From assembly GCF_011745625.1 (NCBI RefSeq), contig NW_027191456.1, positions 1,116,001-1,163,075 of the forward strand: DNA of 47,075 nucleotides. The letters are read 5' to 3'. The translations under genes and the position numbers were made by a program. The notes under the pieces are model-generated. The model saw only the letters and a list, made by a program, of their open reading frames with translations, was not told the DNA's origin and made no database searches. This DNA is from Cladosporium halotolerans (lineage: Eukaryota). Of this stretch, positions 22,650 to 32,917 are shown piece by piece (position 1 is the stretch's first letter; the number at the start of each line of letters is the position of its first letter).

Positions 22650-23150
22650 TCACTAGCATCCATGGATTAGGGAATCTATGCCTTGACAGGAGGCTACCCC
22701 AGAATCGAGTCATCATTCCCGCCGAGAGAGCGGACTTTGGGAGAGCAGTGACTCTCTAACCCCAACCCTAACCCTAAGTAACGATGCGTCGCCGTCCTAG
22801 GATCTACCGTCCTTGCCTAGATATCATGGCGAAAAATGCAAGGTCTCCTCCATGCTACGAAAGAAATGTGTAGTTCTAGTCCACACGAGCCTTGCGCTCT
22901 CTCTAGGTGCCTCCGACGACCAGCTTGCGTCTTGCTGAGTACTACCAATCTCACGTCACACATGTGGTACATCAGAACGTTTGGCCGTCGACGCATCGCG
23001 AAGCAATAGGCTCGACTGTCATACAAGCGAGGCGAAATGTCACGGCAAAGCATCGATTTGCAGGAGCATTTGCGACCACCCAGATTGGGAATGACAGTCC
23101 TTGTGGCACCACTGTCGCCTGCCTGTCCGGCATCGGCGACTGGTATCGCC
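22650..23150 (+). ncRNA. Candidate structured ncRNA, possibly the telomerase RNA core (boundaries approximate)
   Basis: Telomeric template-like tract preceded by a hairpin (GAGTCAT 22707-13 / GTGACTC 22748-54) and followed by crossing helices 22782-91/22989-98 (10 bp perfect) and 22886-92/23008-14 (7 bp perfect); no convincing ORF. Confidence 0.35.
22756..22777 (+). repeat. Interstitial telomere-type tract CTAACC CCAACC CTAACC CTAA
   Basis: About 3.6 copies of the CCCTAA/TTAGGG hexamer with one mismatch; the only multi-copy tract I found in the window. Confidence 0.85.
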
Positions 23151-23472
23151 CCACTACAATCCCCACGACCATTACCCCGGTACTTGTTCATACTTCCCAG
23201 GCATTAAAGCTGGCTCTTGGGTCTACTGTGCCGTGATCGCGATATGATGGTTCGACAGGAATCACATGCAGGTCACTGGCGTGTCGCTCGCGATACCGGA
23301 TTGACTCGCTTCCGCAACGCCCGCTTCTGACGTCTTCCAACGGTCTGCCTGCGCGCAGAAAGTGCAGCAGAAACGCATCTGACATCCCGTGTATTCGCTG
23401 TTTCGTGCTACCTTGGTTTGAACAGACGTCGGAATTACGGAGCATTTGTACCCCTGAGATCGCAGCTGCACC

Positions 23473-24084
23473 ATGTCCTTCTTCGCCAGCAAGCCGCCCA
23501 GATCCCGCCTCCTGGATCTCCCCGCAGAGATCCGGGAACACATCTTCACATTCGCCGTGGTGCCGGACAAGAAAACGATGGTCACATTTTGCCTCGACAA
23601 GTTCCAAAAAGAAAGCTACGAAGAAGCATCGCAGCCACCCATCACCCGCGTCAGCTGGCAGGTCCGAAGGGAGTCCATCCCGCTGTTCTACGAGTGCAAC
23701 GAATTCGTAGTCCACACCGACGATCAGAAAGCCGAAGATGCTCAGCGATGGCTGCAGCACAATCGAGCTCATTTGTCGAAAATAAGGCACCTCGCTCTCT
23801 GGGTGCGTTTCCATCCTGGACTGGGCAGCATCGCTCCGCCTCGAGGCGTCATCGGCGTGTACCTGTCGCACGACGCTCGGACGGGCTGCTGGGCAGTGAG
23901 AGAGTACTGGCGATGGATCACTGTCGTACGAAAGCCAGCGATGGTAGAGCAGGACGGGCAAATGCTCATAGAATCCCTCGACAAGCTGGTTGATGGCCGA
24001 CCACGACGCGGCTTTACAGCTGAAGACTACGTCACGCTCATTCAGGACTTGAGAACCGCATACCTCAAGGACAAAAGGACATGA
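23473..24084 (+). CDS. Hypothetical protein with N-terminal F-box-like (LLDLPAEIREHIF) motif
   Basis: CACCATG start; SRLLDLPAEIREHIFTFAV and QPPITRVSWQVRRESIPLFY patterns are typical of an expanded fungal F-box-like family. Confidence 0.8.
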   Translation: MSFFASKPPRSRLLDLPAEIREHIFTFAVVPDKKTMVTFCLDKFQKESYEEASQPPITRVSWQVRRESIPLFYECNEFVVHTDDQKAEDAQRWLQHNRAHLSKIRHLALWVRFHPGLGSIAPPRGVIGVYLSHDARTGCWAVREYWRWITVVRKPAMVEQDGQMLIESLDKLVDGRPRRGFTAEDYVTLIQDLRTAYLKDKRT

Positions 24085-24152
24085 AAATGTATCATAACCC
24101 CGAGCAAAAAGTTCAAAAGATCTCAACCCGATTGTGACCGGACTCTTATCGT

Positions 24153-24224
24153 TGACCGACGCAGGGATCGAACCTGCAATCTCTTGATTCGTAGTCAAGC
24201 GCCTTGCCATTGGGCCAGCCGGCC
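24153..24224 (-). tRNA. tRNA-Arg(ACG), intronless
   Basis: GGCCGGC-TGGCCCAATGGCAAGGCG-CTTGA CT ACG AA TCAAG-AGATT-GCAGG TTCGATC CCTGC-GTCGGTC A. Confidence 0.96.
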
Positions 24225-24669
24225 TAATTCTTGGAGATCTGCTTGTGCTTTTTCGATTATGACGATTTGCGCATTCTGCCAGCCTCCCGTTTTGAGGGAT
24301 TTGGGGCGTCGAGCGCAAATTCCAGGCTCGACTCTTGCGGCCACTCTCGCTTTCGCAGCTTCGCTGAAGTCAGCCGCAATAATCGGCCAGCTTCTGTCGC
24401 ATCAGGACCACAGAACTCGCACCATGGGGATCCTACTCCCTTACAGTACGAAAGCTCCAGCGAGCTCCGAAACATTGGATTTGTATCTATCACTGCGCTC
24501 GCTGGATGCATGACCGAGCCTACCGCTTTCGGTGAAATCCTTCGCATTGCAGAGGATTTCTATTGACCACGCACACAATCTGTACAATACGTGCATTACA
24601 AGAAGACCTCGCAACATCTTTATGCTCTTTGATAAATAGATGGTCTTACCAAGTCGCTCTTGGAGTCGG

Positions 24670-24753
24670 CCAAAAAGTTGTCGCAGCTATCGGACTCGCT
24701 GAAAAGATCAACCAAAAAGTTCTCGCAGCTATCGAACTCGCTGAAAAGATCAA
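24670..24753. repeat. Tandem duplication, 2 x 42 bp
   Basis: CCAAAAAGTT(G/C)TCGCAGCTATCG(G/A)ACTCGCTGAAAAGATCAA at 24670-24711 and 24712-24753; 2 mismatches. Confidence 0.9.
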
Positions 24754-25692
24754 GGAATCTCCTAATCGCATACCACTGGTTATCCAACAGTCTTTGGTAC
24801 GGAGGCCGTGACTCTCTCCAAGGAAAAGGAATTTTTTGATAGTTGGGGGGCGATGGTAGCATTTGATCGTGATTTGTGGATCTCGAGATACAACGCATCA
24901 AGGACCAGTTGTCGCTGTCAAATTTGCGGAATGTCTTTATGGTCCTCGCTTCTATCTTGATAGCTACCATGAATACAAGCGCGTGCTAATTATTGACGCA
25001 AACTCAACATGGATGAAGAACTTCTTCCGATGTCGGCAGACTTCAGACTGTTGACGATCACGGCTGGGGATCCGATCAGTGTAGATCCAAGCCCATTGCC
25101 AGATAATGATCTTAAGTGATCTTTTGTTTCGAAACGACCCGTCGTGCTAGTATCACGAACGGGCTATGATACCAGCTTTGCCGCACTGGCGCGTAGGCAT
25201 TGTGAAACCCGAAAATCAATAGCCGACAATCCTAAACAGCTTCGTCTGTCTCGCAGATAGCCAATGCCTTCACGAGTGATCGGACACTGGCGTGTATGTT
25301 GCCGCTAGATCGACCTGGAAATTTACTGCGTTCGCTCGTTTGTTCTCTTGGCGGTCTGCCTGGGTAGACTTTCGATCTGCATACAGTAGTACCCGAGGGG
25401 TGCGGCCCTCCAACGGTGCAACAACGTCATGTCAATAACCGCGGAGATACGATAGCAAAGGCAGATCTCTCCGTGCCGTGTCCTCCATACTGTATACAGA
25501 CCGCCGTCATAGATATCTCTCCCCATTGTCAGCCAGCTCATTATCCTATCCCTTCGTCGTTTCTAGAGAGATTATCTGAGTAGTTGTCCTAAACACAAAG
25601 TTCCATTCTCCATTTTTGAGCTATATACGGGAAAGTATACGATCAGACGGCGCGACAGGAGCCAGCGACACTTCGGAGGAGATTCTGTCACT

Positions 25693-27732
25693 ATGGCAGA
25701 TCACGAGAGGATGGCCAGCATCCTCGGCATGCCCATCATCGAGACCCCAGTACTGATCATTGGCTCATCGATGGTCGGTATGACCCTCAGCACGCTCCTG
25801 GCCAAACACGGGATCCGTGACTGCATTACGATCGAACGACATTCGAGTACCGCGATACACCCTCGAGCAGCACTCTTCCATCCTCGAACGATGCAGATCT
25901 ACCGCGAGCTAGGCTTGTATGAAGAGATGTATGCCGAGTCTCTGAAGCACTACGATAAGCATGCCGGCCTTCACATTGTCGAGACTCTAGCAGGGACACA
26001 TTTAGGGACATACATGAAGGATATCAACGACGGAATCGAGAACATCTCTCCCACGCACAGGCTGTTCTTGACGCAGCAAATGTTTGAGCCGTTGCTGCGA
26101 CAGCATGCTATAGGGAATGGAGCTGTCTTGAGGTTCAGCACGGAGCTCGTGGACTTCCAGCATGATCAAGAAGGCGTGACGGCTTTGATAAGAAGTGTTG
26201 AGACCGGGGAGAAGCAGATCGTTAGGGCGAAGTACATGGTTGCCTGCGACGGGAACAGAAGCCCGGTACGCGAGAAGCTGGGGATCAAGTCGCAAGGACA
26301 TGGCCTGCTAAGTCACTCGTTGACGATCTATTTCGATGCGGATCTCGGAAAGTTTGTCAAAGACAAGTACAACGGTGTCATATATGTCGAAAACGAGCAT
26401 GTAAGAGGGTTCTTCCGACTGGATAAGACCGGCCGCGAAGGCTTCCTCGTAGTCAACACAGCGGGAAAGAAGGGCACTGAGGATAGCAGACATCCCTCGA
26501 TCGGGATTACCGACGAGAAGGCAGGAGAAATGCTTCGCGCTGCTATCGGCGCAGACGTCGACTTCAGGATCACCCATCTCTCGCCCTGGAATGCCGAATG
26601 CAACGTTGCCGAGCACTTCAACGATGGCAAAATCATCCTCGCGGGAGACGCAGCCCACGTCGTAACACCTCACGGTATGACACTGAAAGTTATAACAACG
26701 TATGATGTTTGAGACGCCAAGCTAACTTCTACCCTTCATCCTGTAGGCGGTTTCGGAGGCAACACCGGTATCCACGATGCGCACAATCTAGCCTGGAAAT
26801 TGGCGCTCGTTCTGAAGGGTAAAGCCGGCGAGGAGCTAGTAACAAAGACGTACCACGACGAGCGGTACCCAGTCTCGAAGAAGACAGTCGACCAAGTATT
26901 CGAGCGCTTCGTCGGCCGCGCAGCGCCAGATCTGTTTGCAGACGATGCGGAAGTGGAAGAGGAGGTGCCCGAGCCGCATCTCGAGCTCGGCTATCAGTAT
27001 CATTCGAGGGCGTTGACGACAAACAAGCTGGTCTCTGTGACTTCAGATCCCGCGACAGCGAAAGCGAGACCCGGAACTATGGCGCATCATGTCCTGATCA
27101 AGACGAAAGACCGCGAGGACGAGGCGTATCCAGTCGCTGACCTGCTAGGATCTGATTTCGTGCTCATCGCCGGCCACGAAGGTTCAGCTTGGCTAGACGC
27201 CGCAAAAGTAGCAGTGAAGAACGACTCAACCCTACCGGAGCTGACAACGCATCAACTCACACAGGACAACACTGCTTTCTACAAAAAATACGACGTTACC
27301 ACAGCCGGCTGCGTTCTGATCCGACCTGATGGCTTTGTGGCCTGGTCAGAGGCAAAGTGTGCTACGAGCGGCTGGGGTGCCATGGGTCTGCCAGATGCTG
27401 AGCATACCATTCAATGTGTCTTGAAGCAGATTCTGTGCATTACGCCGGAGCGAAGCGTGACCCGTGCGAGCAGCATGGCTAGCGCTGATAGCGCGATAGC
27501 CCTTCCCAAAGACAATGGTACCGTGATCTCGATGGCTACAGAAGTCTCCAAGCGGGAGCGAGCGCTAAAGCAGGAGAACGATGATCTGCAACGCCAGCTG
27601 CGAGAGAATGAAGAGCGTCTCGCTCAGCTCCGGGAATTCAGCGAACTACAGGATAAGATGGCGATGCTGGCAATGAGACTCGACTTGCACACCGTTGGTA
27701 TGGACCCTAATGAATTGTCCAAACTCGCTTAA
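25693..27732 (+). CDS. FAD-dependent aromatic monooxygenase, PheA/TfdB (FAD_binding_3) family (exons 25693-26674, 26747-27732)
   Basis: VLIIGSSMVG, YMVACDG..SPVR, ILAGDAAH..PHGGFGGNTGIHDAHNLAWKL, thioredoxin-like VLIRPDGFVAW; GTATGA..GCTAAC..TAG intron 26675-26746. Confidence 0.92.
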
Positions 27733-28427
27733 GACGTCCGAGCGGAATCAACTATAGGATTACGTGCCTTAGTATGGATCGAAGGAGGTCGTCGATCCGA
27801 ACAAGGCGCATATCAGTAGCATCAGTATTACTTCCACTCTACCCGCATTTCGACCAGACCCTAACAGTGCTTGCACCCAGCATACACCAAGATACCGTCG
27901 CCATGACTAGCCCGCACCGTCGATATTCCATCAAGAGCCAGCTAATCGAATCCCTTTTGTGCTTTCTCGACTCTCAGTTCACCCCTTGCCACCGACCAGG
28001 TTTCTTCGCGGAGCGACGATAAGAAAAGGTTCCATCAAATATCTCGGGAAGGATGATGGGTTGCGGGTCGGGGTCAGGAAACCTAGAGGTGGAAAGGTGA
28101 GCATTTTGACGTTGACATCATGTGGACTGGAGGCAAGACATGAATGCTGAATGCGTGAGAGAAGTGAGCTTCGAATGTGGATAAATAAATTGCATATCGC
28201 TGGTCGGGCGCCGAGGCCGGATCCAGTCGAGGGTAGTGGGTATCGATTCCAAGTCAAAGCAGGCTCGACCGCCTGCCCCGTGTGTATAGATGACTGAGCC
28301 AGACTTCTTTGGCATGTCGAATGATGTGGTCCCTGCTCCAGTAGCCGTGCAAGGTAAAGAGGATATGCGCACAATATAGTGTGAAATGTGATCGCTTGCT
28401 CGATCGGACAAAGGAAATGCGCGGCCA

Positions 28428-29437
28428 TTAATACCCGTCGTCATCGTCGCCTCCTCCGCCACCGTCCTCGTAGTCCTCTTCGCCGTCTTCGAAGTAGCGC
28501 TCCGCGTTGTAGTCGTCGGCCATGTCGTCGTTCTCATCTTCGTCGAATTCGTCGTCTTCCAGCTCCTCGACATCGTCGTCGTCCGCGTTCTTCTTCTCGA
28601 CGCCTTCGTTCTCCACTTCGTTCTCGCCTTCCGAGTCGTCGATGTCGGCAAGCTTGTCGCGCGCGGATTTGGTGCTGATCTTGAGCGTCTTTTTGCGCGC
28701 GGATGGGTGAGAGGAGGCGTCGTGCGGATCGATGACGTCCCACAGCTCTTGCGGGAAGTGTTCCTTTTCTGTTTGGAGAGTTCGCGGTTAGCAACCTGGC
28801 TAAAGCGACCGCGGACACAGCAGCGTTCACTCACTGAAAGGGAAGTCGGAGAAGCGCGGCACCTTCTCTACGCCTCTCTTCTTGCCGTACTGCGGCACGT
28901 CGTCGAACGGGTTGTACTGTTCCATCTGCTTCGCGCGCTCGACTTTGCGCGCGTCCAGCTTGCGGATCGCTTCGCTCAGCCAACCCTGCTTCATGCGCGC
29001 GCAGATGTCCAGGTAGCGCCGCACTTCTTCGAGCTCATCTGCGCTGGGCGGCGCGGCCAGGTGCGGGAAGTGTTCCTGGAAGAGGTTTAGTTCCTGCTCG
29101 TCGTCGACATCGTAGAGGTACGCCATGGCGGCGCGCGCGGCCGGGGCGGGTTCGTGAGGTGCATGGGATGTCAGGAGGGAGGGAAGGATTGCGCGGTCGC
29201 GGCGCAAGTGGTGGGGGTGGTAGTGGTGGTGGGATGAGGGCTGGTACAGCGGGAGGGCTGGGCGGCGATCGGCGGGCAGCTTACCGGAAAGAAGGAGTCG
29301 GAGTCTTCCTTCTGCTTTGCGAACTCGCGCTCGAGCTCCTCGTCGATGTCGAAGGGCACCGCGCCCGAGTTGAGGCGCGCCGCCGAGCTGAGCCCGCCGC
29401 GGCCGCCTCCTCGTCCGCCACGGCCGCCGCGAGACAT
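28428..29437 (-). CDS. RPC31: RNA polymerase III subunit C31/RPC7 (exons 29437-29285, 29075-28835, 28768-28428)
   Basis: RGG-rich N-terminus, YNPFDDVPQYGKK, FPQELW and acidic tail with DDYNAERYFEDGE; both introns GT-AG and frame-consistent. Confidence 0.85.
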
Positions 29438-30055
29438 TCTGCGGGCGGGCGGTGCTGCTGCTTCGTGTGCGGATGGGGCGGTGTTCGCTGGTCGTGTGCC
29501 TGGGGAAGGCGAGTGGCGGAGGATGCCCTGGGTGCCTTGTGCGCTGCAGGCGGCGGCGGCTAAGGCAGAGGGTGGGAGGCGATGTCGGCTGCGTGGGCGG
29601 CCAATTGCAGCATCGTCGCCGGCGGCAGGCGCGAGAGAGTGAGTTGTTAGTGAAGCGGTGGTGGACGCTGTCACATGCTTGTGTTGATGGCAAAATTTCC
29701 AGCTGGAGCAAGCTGACGGAATGCCGAAGGACGCCAACAGCGCGCTCGCCGGTCCCTGCAGCCCTGGGCTGTCGCGGGGTGCTTCGTACGCCCCACGCCT
29801 GTCATCTTGAAAGCTAACTACTATTAATTCTTATTTTCATGATCGTGGATAATTGTCACGATCGTCAATCAAATCAGCGATTGGGATATGGTATTTGTTG
29901 TACGACAGACGCTCGATGATTTCCATAATATAACCTCAGTATATGCCGCCCATACATCTCCCATTCTCAAACCCGCAACAGCATTTCAACAGCCCAGTGT
30001 AGCAGCGCTTGAGCATTTCCGGTGTCTCATCCCTCATTTCCCTAATCGTCATCTT

Positions 30056-30859
30056 CTAGATCGGACGCCGACGCTTTCTCGCACCTCGCAACGACTCCTC
30101 CGCCGGACTCTCTTGTCTTCCATCAAATTCCGACGCCGACATTCCATAATGCATAGCCCTGTATGCGCGCGGATAAGGTTGCCGCCCACGGGCGATGGAT
30201 CGGAAGCGCACGAGTTCTATGCCGCTATCGACGGCGTTGGCGCTGTAATCATAAGCTCCAGCGGGATAGATTGGCGCTGCTGGTTCAGGGACCGCCAGAA
30301 GCGTGCTGCCGGAGCTGAACTCGGACTGGTCTGAGTTGGAATGGTGGTCTGAGTACGAGAGCGAAGAGCTGTGGTTGGGATTTGGTGCGACGATGGTTGG
30401 ATTGCTGTTGGACTTCGAGATAGGTCCATCGGAGTGGAGGTGTTCTGCGCTGGAATGCTCCGAACTAGAATAAGCTGAATCTGCATGGTCTGAGTTAGGA
30501 TAGACTGAGGTGCCACTTCCTGAGCTGGCGTTCTCTGAGTTGCGACGCTCTGGGCTGGGGTGGTCCGAGTCGGCATGATCTGGTTTGGAGTGCTGTGAGC
30601 CCGTACCACCTGAGTCGCATTGTTGCAAGCTGCAGCCGTTCGCGCTGGCACAAGCTGGCTTAGAATGGTCTGAGTCGGAGTGGTCTGAGTCAGAAGGCTC
30701 GGATTTTGGCAGAGGTATCAACGCAACAATGGGTGCTTCGTCGTCTGTTGTTGATGTGGAGTCTGAAGACATTGAGTGCTGTGGGCTGAATGTATGATTG
30801 TCGCCACCTGACACTGCCGGCTCTGCTGCGGATTGTTGCGATTCTTGGGTGTTAGACAT
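30056..30859 (-). CDS. Ser/Asp/His-rich low-complexity orphan protein
   Basis: Long open frame from ATG 30859 (MSNTQESQQ); imperfect SDHSDSDH / DHADS repeats; basic C-terminus RKRRR. Confidence 0.55.
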   Translation of the reverse strand: MSNTQESQQSAAEPAVSGGDNHTFSPQHSMSSDSTSTTDDEAPIVALIPLPKSEPSDSDHSDSDHSKPACASANGCSLQQCDSGGTGSQHSKPDHADSDHPSPERRNSENASSGSGTSVYPNSDHADSAYSSSEHSSAEHLHSDGPISKSNSNPTIVAPNPNHSSSLSYSDHHSNSDQSEFSSGSTLLAVPEPAAPIYPAGAYDYSANAVDSGIELVRFRSIARGRQPYPRAYRAMHYGMSASEFDGRQESPAEESLRGARKRRRPI

Positions 30860-31238
30860 AGAGACCGTCGTTGACGCTGTTGTGTGCTGCTTAGATGTGA
30901 TGCTGTGTATGAATGTAGCGATTGACTGCTGGTACGGCCTGCTTCTGAGTTGAGGTTCGTGGTGTATGAAGATGTAGGATTGTGGTGGTCGTTGACCATT
31001 GATCAAATGCTTGCCTGCTTGCTGCGGCGGATCCTTCCTCAAGCCGTGCGGAAAGAACTGTCGTCCGCCGGCTGGTGACTTCCTCAACCGAAGGCCTGAT
31101 GTATTCAGGTAGCTTGATCAGGCGGATCTACCTTACCTACGCTCCCCAGGTAAAATTTCGGCCTTGATAACCATACAGCAGATGGTAGCACCTCGCAGTC
31201 CAATTTTCTTTCGGAGAACAAAATCGGTCCACCTCTGA

Positions 31239-32207
31239 TCACAGGGACCACGGCTCAATCTGATACTCAAAGTCGCGCTGGCTTTCAACTGCCCGGGCAT
31301 GTTCATCGTACAGCGTCCTCTCAATGAACTTTACTCTTCCCTCGCGGCTCACAAGCACGACAGTCTGCTTCTGCGTGCCATACCCTGGCTTGCCCACTTC
31401 TACCCTCGCATGATTACTGTCATAATTCTCGCTTGCAGATCTGAGCCCATTGCTCGTCTCGCTCTCAACTCCCTCGCCTCCCACGTGAGGAATAAAGATC
31501 GAGTTCCTCATCTGCCGGGCATACACATTGAAGTCTTCGCCTTTGGGCACTTGCGGGAACGTGTTGACCGACAGCACATCGAAGAGGCTGGCGATAAGCC
31601 TGTCCTCTGGGTCTTGCCTTGCGGCACTAGAGCTGATGGACTGCCGCAGGAGTTGTTCGCCGTGAACGATTTTGGGCCATGAGAGGTCGCCGAAGTGAGA
31701 ATTGCTCAGCCCTTGCACTTCGCCGGGCTTGGTGGCGACTCGAATGAGATTGGAAGGATCCGTCGTTCGGTTTGAGATGATAGACAATCCGCTGGAAGAG
31801 GAGCCATCTGCTGACGATGAGTGCAGGCGGCCAAAAACCAGAGAAAAACCGCCGACATCGTTGATTCCCACGTCTTCGACCAGTCGTCTCGCAAATTCCT
31901 CATCGGACTCTCGATCACCGGGCGGACTGCTGAGGTAGGCGTTGACCATTGCTCCCCGGCTCTTCTCGCTAGCGACTTCCTGGCCTTCTTCGCGGAAGTT
32001 TGTCAGGACGGCGATTCGGCCGTCTTTGCTGAGACCTAGCCATGTGCCTTTCTCGGGCCTTTGCAAGTCCCGCCCGCCTAGCACATGGCTGTTTGGTGGT
32101 TCCCACCAGTGGGTGGGGGCGGTTGGCCGGTCCAGGAATTCATCACGGTTGGAAAGTAGGATCAAGGAGTACTGTGGGTGAGAGGTAGAGAGCAAAGCTA
32201 TGCACAT
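31239..32207 (-). CDS. NRDE family / TANGO2-like protein
   Basis: MCIALL..LILLSNRDEFLDRPT, GGRDL..GTWLG, VLTNFRE, SRG, GLSNS, YGTQKQTVVLV. Confidence 0.93.
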   Translation of the reverse strand: MCIALLSTSHPQYSLILLSNRDEFLDRPTAPTHWWEPPNSHVLGGRDLQRPEKGTWLGLSKDGRIAVLTNFREEGQEVASEKSRGAMVNAYLSSPPGDRESDEEFARRLVEDVGINDVGGFSLVFGRLHSSSADGSSSSGLSIISNRTTDPSNLIRVATKPGEVQGLSNSHFGDLSWPKIVHGEQLLRQSISSSAARQDPEDRLIASLFDVLSVNTFPQVPKGEDFNVYARQMRNSIFIPHVGGEGVESETSNGLRSASENYDSNHARVEVGKPGYGTQKQTVVLVSREGRVKFIERTLYDEHARAVESQRDFEYQIEPWSL

Positions 32208-32917
32208 AATGCGAAATGGTTGATACAGGGGCAACTACAAATTGAAAAAGATGAGGGAGGTGAGAAACAAAACAGTAGAGAAAGGCGGTTGGGATCGGAT
32301 GACCAGGGTCAGCAAGCAAAGCCGAGAGAATTCCAGTCACCTGGTTACGGAGGGAGCGTGATCATGTGATGCTGCATGTGCATATCGGCGGACAGCGAGA
32401 GCAAGCAAGACGTCGCGCGACATTGCTACTTGAGCAATACTGGATGGAGGTGGTCGGAGGAGGCAGTTTGTGAGATGTGCGCCTCGAGATGCGCCTCGAG
32501 GAGAATGAAGACCTCAGGCATCTCACCCAGTCCAGGCCGAAACGCGGTGATGGGAAGAGCGGCAGCTCGGTCCAATGACGTGGCGGGCGGCAGGCGGCAG
32601 ACGCGGCAGGCAGAGCGGGGCCGGAGCAGCCGCCAGCCCTACGCATGCGGGGCGGCGTTTGAAGCTGTGGCAGCTGCGCGATGCCTCAGCAGCCAGCACC
32701 TGACCGGCTCACTTTCTCACCCGACCAGAGCCTCATCTCCCCTCCACCTCACCACATCCTGCTGCCTCTCCCTCCGCCGCATACAGGTCGGCCTCCTGTC
32801 CAAACCGCCGGCCGCCTACACACGCCGCTTCTCTTCCTCCACCGCCGTCTGTAAACGTCTACACCTCCACCGCCCACAGCCGACCGGCTGCTGCCCAACG
32901 CACGCGACTCACCCACC

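Noticed and set aside
23188..24318. 376-aa minus-strand ORF
   Set aside because: Runs through tRNA-Arg and antisense to the F-box-like gene; not protein-like.
24670..24753. CRISPR-like repeat
   Set aside because: Two abutting copies with no spacer, in a eukaryotic genome with no cas genes.
24831..24846. AATTTTTTG-ATAGTT as Sm site and 3' end of the TER candidate
   Set aside because: About 2 kb from the template, with a protein gene and a tRNA in between; not supportable without transcript data.
25693..27732. Secondary-metabolite cluster around the monooxygenase
   Set aside because: No PKS, NRPS, terpene synthase, transporter or Zn2Cys6 factor in the window.
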